Assembly: GCA_023231475.1 (NCBI GenBank)
Contig: JALJEE010000928.1
Span: 62,001 to 110,308, forward strand
Source: Seison nebaliae
Lineage: Eukaryota
Direction of reading: 5' to 3'
DNA length: 48,308 nt
Shown here: in pieces, positions 39,648 to 48,308 of the stretch
How the letters are laid out: each line of letters opens with the position of its first letter
Numbering within the stretch: position 1 is the first letter of the stretch
Translations under genes and position numbers: made by a program
Notes under the pieces: generated by a model
The model's database searches: none
Told to the model about the DNA's origin: nothing
Seen by the model: the letters and a program-made list of their open reading frames with translations, nothing else

Positions 39648-40010
39648 TTATCCCAATCGACTGAGAAAACCACCACGTCTTTGTTGTTGGGGTGGGTAAG
39701 CGGCACCACCACCTCCACCATATTTTCGTTGTCTCCTTTTCTTCATATATTTCATTCCTTTGTATGCGGCACCAGCAGCTACAGCTCCAAGAAGAAGTTT
39801 CTTGAAGAAACCACGTTTCTCTAATGCACGCTCTCCAAACGACGAATCGTTTTCGGCCAATAACTCCTAATTAGAAATAATTAATCGAAGTGACATAATA
39901 GTGGAAACTTTAAGAATTTCTTCATCCGATACATCTTCACTTCTCACGAGGAACGAGGGAAGCACGATAGATAATAATAGGAAACAAAAAACGAATGATT
40001 TGATATACAT
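39648..40010 (-). CDS. Prepro cationic peptide A (106 aa), putative antimicrobial/cytolytic peptide precursor
   Basis: MYIKSFVFCFLLLSIVLPSFLVRS | EDVSDEEILKELLAENDSSFGERALEKR | GFFKKLLLGAVAAGAAYKGMKYMKKRRQRKYGGGGGAAYPPQQQRRGGFLSRLG*. Intron 39867-39908. Confidence 0.85.
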
Positions 40011-40357
40011 ATTTTCGGGAACTGTTTTCGATTTATTCAATTAGATAAATAGTGAGAATGTGTTAAAGAAAGAAATTATCAAATATAATCGTTTTTAAAT
40101 TGGAACTTATTATACAACGTTACTGCCAATAACGATTATTCATTATTACATCAACATTGTTCAACTGAAACAATCGTCAATGACACGTGATGATTCATGT
40201 AATTGAATGTCAAATAATTTTCCGTCAAATGGTTTCAAGGAGACTTGGTTGACGGTTCCCTCGTTTATATAATAGAAAGAACAGAAAGACATTACCATTC
40301 ACTAACTAAATATTTTATTTTAGAAGACATTCACTCTTACAAATCGATTATTCCAAC
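40011..40357. promoter_or_regulatory. Putative shared bidirectional promoter of the two peptide genes
   Basis: 347 bp between divergent ATGs. TATATAA at ~40266 (+), TATAATAA at ~40108-40115 (-), central CACGTG (40184) and TGATTCA (40191). Site function is inferred. Confidence 0.5.
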
Positions 40358-40807
40358 ATGAAACGCATTCAAATCATCAGTGTTTTATTCGCTTTCTGTC
40401 TATTCAACAGTATGTTCGCTTTGGATTTGGAGAGAGCACTACGACGCTTGTCCGAAGCAGAGGAATCAGTTAACATACTTTTTTTTACAAATTATTATCA
40501 TTTTTGTAACTTTTTCATAATGTGATATCATAAAATGTTTTCAGAGAGAATTAGAGGCACAAGTTTCAATTGAATTTTTAAAATGTTAATAAGAAAATTC
40601 TAATTATTTTACAATTTTTAATTTAAGAAAAGAGAAATGGAGATGGAATTGGAGACCAGAATATTCGACGGTTTAAGTGAACAACAAAAGAAATGGTTGA
40701 AACGTCTTGGAATTGGTGCAGCGGTAGCTGGAGCTGGTTTATTTGCCAACAAGAAATATAAAGAATCTCATGGTGGTAAAGGTCTCCTCGATATTTTAGG
40801 AAAGTAG
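40358..40807 (+). CDS. Prepro cationic peptide B (102 aa, 3 exons), paralog of peptide A; absent from the ORF track
   Basis: MKRIQIISVLFAFCLFNSMFA | LDLERALRRLSEAEES-RELEAQ-KREMEMELETR | IFDGLSEQQKKWLKRLGIGAAVAGAGLFANKKYKESHGGKGLLDILGK*. Introns 40469-40544 and 40563-40627, both phase 0. Confidence 0.82.
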
Positions 40808-41114
40808 GTAAAACATTTCTACGAAATTCACAAACTATTTTAATTTTTTTTATAAAATTTATCACTCAATTCCAATTTCACCATTTCTTTCATTCGAGCA
40901 ATTAATAATTATTGATATCATTGAATAATTGATTATAATCAATTCATACTGAAAATTATGTTATTTCTCAATTTATTGTGATATTTAAATAGTTTATTTG
41001 TTGCATCTTACAATTAAATTGGATAGAATGAATCGGTAGGGAATGAAATTTTAAAATTCGTTGTATGAATTAAATAGGAAAGAGGAATAAAATTTCTGTC
41101 TATTAATAAATTTC

Positions 41115-42822
41115 TTAATTTGGAACTGGTAAATTTTCATAATATTTCTCCAATTCTTTATGGTTAATATGATTATCTTTCAAAGATTTGACATAACTCT
41201 CTTCCATTTCTGAAAAGAAGTTAAAACATTTTTTAATAATTAATATACATAACTTTTCGAGAGTAATGGTTTTACCATTAGCAAAATAGAACCCGTAGGG
41301 TCGACATCGATAACTAATCTACTTTTCGTTGATTTTTGTAGAATTCCCAAAAATTTTCCTTCGAAAATATCGGAAAACATCCACTAAAGACATAGTTGAA
41401 ATTAGAAATTTTTGTGATGAATTTTTGTGAACTTTATCGAAGTTAGGAGTAAGATTGAAAATTTCAATTGATTGATTAAATTTCAATGGGAAGGCTCCAT
41501 CCTTTTGATGAATAACGAAAGCAAATTGGAAATTGGATAACTCTTTACGGAAGACAGACATTCCATTATACTTTATGAATTACTTAATGAAATGGTGAAT
41601 TGAATGTAGAATAAAACTTGTCCGATCATTCTCCCTTGATTTCCTAACGCGTCCTGATTTATTCTTATTGCTTCACGGTTCTGTAAAATGTCCTTCTGCC
41701 AATTTGCTACCTTTTTCAAATTTGTACTCATTAATAATGGGGAGGCTAAAATGGACCATAAAGCCATTTGAGTGCGTGATTGAGCCATGGATAATCCAAA
41801 ATTACCCACAATCAACTAAATTTGTTTGAGAAGAAATAAATTTAAGAAAAGATATTTTTTTTAATTGAACCATATCGGGATCATTCCAATGACCAGGACC
41901 CGCGTGTGGAATTAAACGATCCTGATTATTTACATACCAATCGGCAATAGTTGATACAGAATTCCAATTATCTTGAACATCGTCATAATTTCTCCATAAA
42001 TTACAAATTTTTTCCAACAATTCATAATTCGGCTAACGAAATTTATGATAAATAAATCAAATAAATTTTATCGAACCCAATATGTGGCAGTTAATTGACA
42101 TGCGGGCATACTACAACTATAAACGATTGGACGTTTAGTTTGATTTAAATAATATCCATATTGTGTATAACCTTCAGATAGAGTTAGAAAAGAAGAAAAA
42201 TTTAGATATTAACCACTATCCATTGTTGATGGAGCAGAATAACAACAATCGAGTTTGATATAATCCACATCCCATGATGCGAATGTTTGAGCATCTAATT
42301 CCAAATGTCCCAAAATTCCTGGATAACCACCACAAGTTTTTGTCCCGTAATCTTCATATAATCCGAATTTCAATCCCATTGAATGCAACTGAATGAAGTT
42401 AAGATGAAATTCGAATGAAATGATTGAGGAAACTGTATCGGACATAAATTTGATTCCACGAGGAAATCGAATAGGATCTGCTTGTAATTTTCCATCTTTC
42501 GTACGATTATGTGACAACCAACAATCATCAAGAATGATATATTCATATCCAGCATCTTTATACCCTTCCGATATCAAATATTCTGCTTGTTCAAGTATCA
42601 ATCTCTCACTGATTCATTAAAGAATGAATAAAAATTTAATTAACATTATGAATAGGAAATAAACCTAATACAAGAATCAGGATAATTAACACAATCAGTA
42701 TTACAACGATATCTTTCCCAAGTCATCCAACCCATTGGAGGTGTTCGTGCCAATCCATTATCTAAACTTACGACTATTTTGGAAATGTAGATGAAAACAA
42801 AATAAATAAATAATTTCCACAT
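41115..42822 (-). CDS. NAGA: Alpha-N-acetylgalactosaminidase (GH27), ~441 aa, 9 exons
   Basis: Signal peptide then [27 protein letters not shown] (nucleophile), YSCSMPA (Ser/Ala pair typical of NAGA rather than alpha-Gal A), WRNYDDV and [11 protein letters not shown]. Introns 42609-42664, 42389-42433, 42172-42213, 42033-42076, 41816-41870, 41571-41617, 41384-41432 and 41210-41253. Confidence 0.92.
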
Positions 42823-44075
42823 TTTTTTTTTGTTTACCAAAATTTTGCGAGTCCTTCTTTTGGATTAAAAACCACAACCATTAAATTTCAAAATAAATTT
42901 ATTATTTCAAATTTTATCGAAACTTTCTATCCGATTTGAAAGCTTCCTGGTTTTTACCACTTTCCCTTTTAACTATTGTCTAATTAAATAAGAATCTCAT
43001 AAACAATTTGGAGCATTGGTATTATATAAATTTGTAAACAAAGTTTAGTTTGAATAAGATAAAGAGATTGTGAGTGACTCCAAAATTGACTCCATTCATT
43101 CTATCTCAATCTGCGAAATTTGGAATAAATAGAGCTTCAAAAAATTCCCCAACTATACTGCATTAAGAGCATAATAGTAAATTAATAATATCAACTTTAT
43201 GAAATTCAATCAGAATTGGAAAATGTCAAATATACTTAATTTTATTCATTATTTTGAGTGGTACTACTAATTATTTAATAAGTTTTAATATATTCTCATG
43301 AGTATTATCATGATGATTGAATAGGGAATTTTAGTTATAATATTTATGCAAAATAATCAATCATGTTAATCCTATAGAGCCCAATAGTTTTATACACCGA
43401 GTAAATAACAGTTCCTTCCTGAAAGGACATTTTCGTCTTCTCATATCTTTTTATAACATACGTTACCAAATTTTTTAATATACAATTTTACGTCCCGAAA
43501 TAGATTCAAACTAGATTACTCACTATCAATGATCATAGTCAACAACCACTGAATCTCTGAACAATGATTTAATGTATTAAAAAATATATATTCATGAGAC
43601 TCTGCTGTCATTTAACTTCGAATTATTTTTCTGTGTTATACAGCAATTGACTAGAATGTCTTTTCTCGACTGTAAAGGATTAATAAACTTTAAATGGCTT
43701 CAATAAGAAGAGATAATATTGATCAGCCATCTTATAAACCACCTATTTTTCAATAAGTTCTTACATCAAACTATCATATATTTCTGATTCAACATTGACG
43801 TATATTGTTTTACCCGATTAATGTCAAATAATATTAATAGAACATTTGTTCGACTAACACATTTACTGATGAAGTTGGCCAACTATAAAACAACGTTATA
43901 TTAATTTACATTTGGTAGTTTATAGTAAATTACACTGACACACCTATATTTAGCATTTGTCATCTTTCCCATGAAATGAGTGGATATAATAAGAATTGCG
44001 AACTAATGATTTAAATAAAATTGTTCTGATTTCTGAAAAGAAGACTTGTGATCATTTTCTAATTTCTAAACTATT

Positions 44076-45884
44076 ATGAAGCTTATTTGTATATTGTTGT
44101 TGTTTCTATTGAACTGTTAATTTCATTTCATAACATTTTTTAACAGTTTTTTCCTTAAGTTAGAAATTTCAGATGTAAACAAGAAGTTTGTTACAAATCA
44201 TTAGGTTGCTTTGAAATTGGAAAACCGTTTGGCGGTACGCTCATACGTCCCATAGTATTTCGTCCGTCCAAATTAGAGGAAATTAATCTTCAATTCCAAA
44301 TTTATAACAAGTTTCTATTTCTCGTTATTGAGAAATGATTAATAACCATTTTGCAGTTTAGCTGACCGACTACCTATTAGGAGATCATGGAACGAAACTT
44401 TACCAACATTTGAGAAGAACAAGAAAGTTTATTTTGTCGTCCACGGTTTCATCCAAAGTGGAAGCACAGATTGGATGATCCGAATGAAAGATGCACTTTT
44501 GCAAGTTTAGATTCATTCTGTGAAGTTCATTTCATATTGTTAGAGGGAAAAATGCAGCGTTATAATTGTCGACTGGCATGAAGGAAATAGACCTCCTTAT
44601 GGCAGAGCCACATCAAATACAAGAGTTGTCGGTAGAATTATTGCACAGAAATTAAATTCTTTCAAAGCGTTAAACAATGTTGTACTGATTGGCCATAGTT
44701 TAGGTGCACATATCTGTGGATATGCTGGTAAATATAACGGACATGTAAAATATATCATTGGTTGGAAATAAATTGCAAATTGTCACCAAAACTTCATAAT
44801 ATTCCAATTACTTTAGGTTTGGATCCAGCTGGACCTTATTTTGAAAACACACCAAAAATTGTGCGCTTAGATAAATCAGATGCAGAATTTGTGCAAATTA
44901 TTCATTCGAATGGATTGAAGAACATCGAACTTGGACTGGGTTTATATAATCCTATTGGGTCTCTCGATATCTACTTGAATGACGGGAAAGAACAACCTGG
45001 TTGTAAACATGGAGTTCTAACCAAAGTTAAGAATCTCCTTTTCGAAACACTTAAGTTGAATATTGATGGTGAGTAAAACTTTTAGAATTATTTGTATCAA
45101 CCCCTTAAAATTGCTCTCAGGTATAGAAGATGCAGTTGGTTGTGATCATATGGCGGCTTGTAATTTTTTGATTTCCGCAATTTCTCAAACGTGCAAATAT
45201 TTTATGTATTCTTGTGACAAATATGAAAATATGGTCAACGGTGTTTGTCAACTAAAAAACGAACGAATAGACTATTCGGTAAATAATTTCCAACCACAAG
45301 GTACCAAATATCTATTGACAGGTAGTTTCGCTAATGCTCAAAACGAATATTGTCGTTAGTAATCAACTTTTTTATTTACCGCAAATCATTAGTTGTTAAA
45401 TATGATTTTACAAAACAGTTGCTAAAAATTATATTGGATTTCAGTCATTAATTAATTTAAGATGCAAAATTATTGCTCGATTCTTGGGAGGGGCGAAAGA
45501 AATGTTATATGAAATGGATTTTAAAGAGAATAAGAACGAAAAGTTATTTTACTTCTTAACTAACGTAAGAATAAATAAAGTAAAATTCTTTTTAGACTAG
45601 CCTTAAAAACCAACAAATGGGTAACAATGGCTTTGGTACAATCCGATTTTAACAGTGTAATCCCAAATATTTCGGAAGTCATCCTGGACGTATATTCATC
45701 AGAAAATAATTCACATACGGGAAAAATTGCAGAAACTTTAGTGATGAATATTGAAAATGTTCCCATTAAGTTAGGCCTTGGAATAATTTTATTTTTGTTT
45801 TTTATTGTTTACAGAAAATTTTGTCATCATCAAGATAAGAAAGTATTTCCTCAGTTTTACCGATATTCCTTTAAATGCAATTGA
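44076..45884 (+). CDS. Pancreatic-lipase-family triacylglycerol lipase, ~469 aa, 9 exons, with lid and a divergent C-terminal PLAT-like domain
   Basis: EVCYKSLGCF, VVHGF, IIVDW, GHSLG (Ser), GLDPAGP (Asp), QPGC..lid..GCDH (His). Introns 44116-44159, 44311-44356, 44505-44543, 44761-44816, 45069-45120, 45355-45418, 45543-45595 and 45770-45814. The last three exons are less certain. Confidence 0.88.
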
Positions 45885-45947
45885 TTGCTCTATTCTGGTT
45901 AGATCATTCCATGGGTTTGAAAACACAATTATAATGAAACCGAAAAT

Positions 45948-47720
45948 TTATTATTATTATTATTATTTATTGGTCAAAATTCCCGTCAGGATAAACTTGA
46001 AAAAAAGAGAAAAAAAATTATTGTCATCCTCTGTATCAATAAAAAGGCGTAATTGAGCGAGGGAATCGCGGTTAATAGGTAGAGTTGAGGTGGAATCGTA
46101 TGTTGAGATGAAATTTTTTAAATCGGTTAGAGAAATGTTTGGAGATAACCCGTAGTATCTGACAGTGTATGTGAAGACGGAATGGGTGTGGAAAGGATGG
46201 ATGTCGGAAGGATCACTAAAGAGTGAGACGGAATTGTTAGTAACATTGTATTAAATTAAATGTAACAATTTGTTACATTTATCACGGAGTGAAAAAATAC
46301 GACGACATAGAAGAATTGGAAGTGGTAGGATATTCACAGTGGCGAAAAGAACTGAGCGGTTGCATCTATAAAAACCTAATAACTCCTAATGAGCCGATTA
46401 TAAACTCGGTCCAAGGACAGAAAAGACCGATGAGAGCATAGAAAGATAGTCTCCAAAGAATACAAAGGTAGCACTAGCCTCCTGAAAAGTGAAAGACGGG
46501 ACGAATTTGGATTTAGGAGAGAAGGAGAAAAAAGCCCTACAGAATTTGTTTCGGATACGATCGAGAGCGGATGAGGAAAAAGACCGCATATCGATCAGCT
46601 AGCCAAGGAAGATGGTAGAAGTAGCGAGAGGAATGTTAGAGAACGAACGATTACCGGTTGAAAGCAGCCAGCATTTCGATTCGTTAATAGTAAATCCTCT
46701 TTCAGCAAGAAGACGAGATGTATGTAGATAGGATTTATTCAAATGACGGAAAGACCGATACATGATCACGAAATCGTCAGCATATGCCTTAACATATGGA
46801 AATAAGAAATCGCCAATAGCGATCCTATTACCGTTAAGTTCGCGGAGGACGCCGTTAATAGCCAATCCAAATAACCAGGGACCTAGGATCGTGTATCTTT
46901 ATATATGTTCGACCTCGATCGTGTAATTGTTCGACATTGTCATTCTAATGTACCTTGTCGGACTGCTGAATTGATTGATCCTGAAGAGAGGCATTCCGAT
47001 ATCGGAACAAAATAAGGTTCTCGAATACTTTCAGCAGGAACGAAGAAATGCAGATAGGTCCTTTATGAATTTAACGAGGTTTGATCGATATTCGGTTTCT
47101 TCAGAATGAGAATAATTTTGAAGAGAAGAAAGAATCAAATTTACGAAATCGGTAAGGCCAGTTACGAGTGATGGAAGTAAATGTTGCACTAATTTAATGC
47201 AAACATTATCGAACCCGTGAGCCTTAGTACAGTCGAGAGTCTGGACAGATTCGAAAATTTCTTGAGGAGTGAAAAAATCGAAATGGACATTGACGATAGG
47301 GCAGACGAAGGGTATAATGGAGGTACGGTACATATATGAGTCGAAGAATTCCGCAAAGGAGTCGGCAAAAATGGTAGATGACGATAAATTGGAGAAGCGA
47401 TTAATTATTATTTTCCAAATATTCGAAGAATGAGAAGGAAGACAAGCATTGCGGAGTCGGTTGTAAAAATGATCCCTGACACACTTTCTCATAACTCTCC
47501 GGAACAGTTTCCGAGATTTTAAATGAAATTTGCGGTTGGGAGAAAAAGGATTTTCACGGAAGGTTTTCCAGCAATCAGATGCTTGACGCTTAAGATGAAA
47601 AATAGATGAAAAGTTCGAAATTGGAGGACGGGAAAAAGTGGTAGATGAACATTGGGCAATATAGTGTAACTGCTCAGTAAGGGAGAGAGTATTATTCAGT
47701 AACGTAAGTGAGGCATTAGT
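45948..47720 (-). mobile_element. Decayed, 5'-truncated non-LTR (LINE-type) retrotransposon with reverse transcriptase remnants and a (TAA)n 3' tail
   Basis: LDCTKAHGFDNV (KAPGxDG-like), frameshifted KIILILKKPN..LNS*-PICISSFLLKVFE, ILGPWLFGLAIN, YADDFVI, GFTINESKC and FLG. Contains stops, frameshifts and an internal deletion. AATAAA plus (TAA)6 at 45948-45971. Higher GC than the flanks. Confidence 0.88.
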
Positions 47721-48308
47721 TTTCTATCTTTGGGCGCAGTGGTCTATGCACGTTCCTAACGACACAGTGATGGGACGCACCTCTCACGGAATGTAGAGAT
47801 CCGATCACTGACCGTAAAGGTGGAGATCGATTTCTATTCATCCCGTCGGGTTTATTACAAACTTATAAGAAATTAAAATAACAAAATTCAATTTCTAGAA
47901 AAATTAGGATAGTGTATCTATCGATAGATGTTCCATCACTTCAACTTCTCAAAAATTCGAGATAGATATCATCTTTCTTCTGAATTATGCTATTATCTTT
48001 TTTTCCATTATGGTAAATTTCATTTCTTGAATTATAATTCTTCCAAATGTTGGCAGATAATTATCTGCCAATCTGAGTTTTCCGAATAACTAAAATTAGT
48101 TTGAGAAGATATAAATGAATATTTTATTTTGGTGCTTCATAGTGAGTATGAGCAATATTTTTTTTTTATTATTAGACCAAATCCCCGCGGGGTAAATTAT
48201 AAAGAAATAAAGATAAATCCTTAAAAGAGTTATTAAGGAACAAACTCCTCCCTGTTTCTATGTAATTTTTGAGAGAATCAGGAACATAGGAGGAAATGTT
48301 GAAGTTTG

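Noticed and set aside
41319..41561. Apparent frameshift or premature stop near the NAGA C-terminus (ORF ends KINEK*)
   Set aside because: Resolved by a 49-nt GTT..AG intron (41384-41432) that restores [20 protein letters not shown]; not a pseudogene or recoding event.
45355..45359. Lipase seemingly ending at YCR* with no C-terminal domain
   Set aside because: C|GTTAGT is a phase-1 donor, and three further in-frame exons give a normal ~469-aa length.
47726..47745. ATCTTTGGGCGCAGTGG resembles the 5' end of U4 snRNA or the 7SL Alu domain
   Set aside because: No K-turn, U6-pairing stem I or Sm site for U4, and no SRP helix 8 motif or sufficient length for 7SL.
1..48308. Alternative genetic code or non-GT-AG introns
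   Set aside because: All conserved genes translate cleanly with the standard code and GT-AG boundaries; no tRNA, rRNA or CRISPR array was recognised.

Overview
AT-rich, compact eukaryotic (invertebrate animal-like) genomic DNA read with the standard code. Most genes are split by very short GT-AG introns (39-76 nt), so the ORF track fragments them or misses them. Hand-spliced gene models, in order: glycogen branching enzyme (5' part, -), RPS17 (-), Na+/Ca2+ exchanger (-), an ~11 kb stretch with no recognisable gene, a small single-pass orphan (+), a TRAF6-type RING/zinc-finger protein lacking a MATH domain (+), a 1325-aa TM protein with protamine-like and N/S-rich repeats (+), a signal peptide-PLAT-mucin-TM protein (-), a secreted FN2-FN2-basic-VWC protein (-), LIPT2 (-), SAR1 (-), a tail-anchored orphan (+), a small HLH protein with no basic region (+), a head-to-head pair of prepro cationic peptide genes, alpha-N-acetylgalactosaminidase (-), a pancreatic-type lipase (+) and a decayed non-LTR retrotransposon (-). 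Two things stand out. (1) The divergent paralogous pair at 39.6-40.8 kb has the architecture of antimicrobial/cytolytic peptide precursors, and one of the two is absent from the ORF track. (2) The 5' splice-site consensus is non-standard: 44 of my 46 modelled coding-region introns start GTT, 2 start GTG and none start GTA. All models were made by eye, with no database searches.
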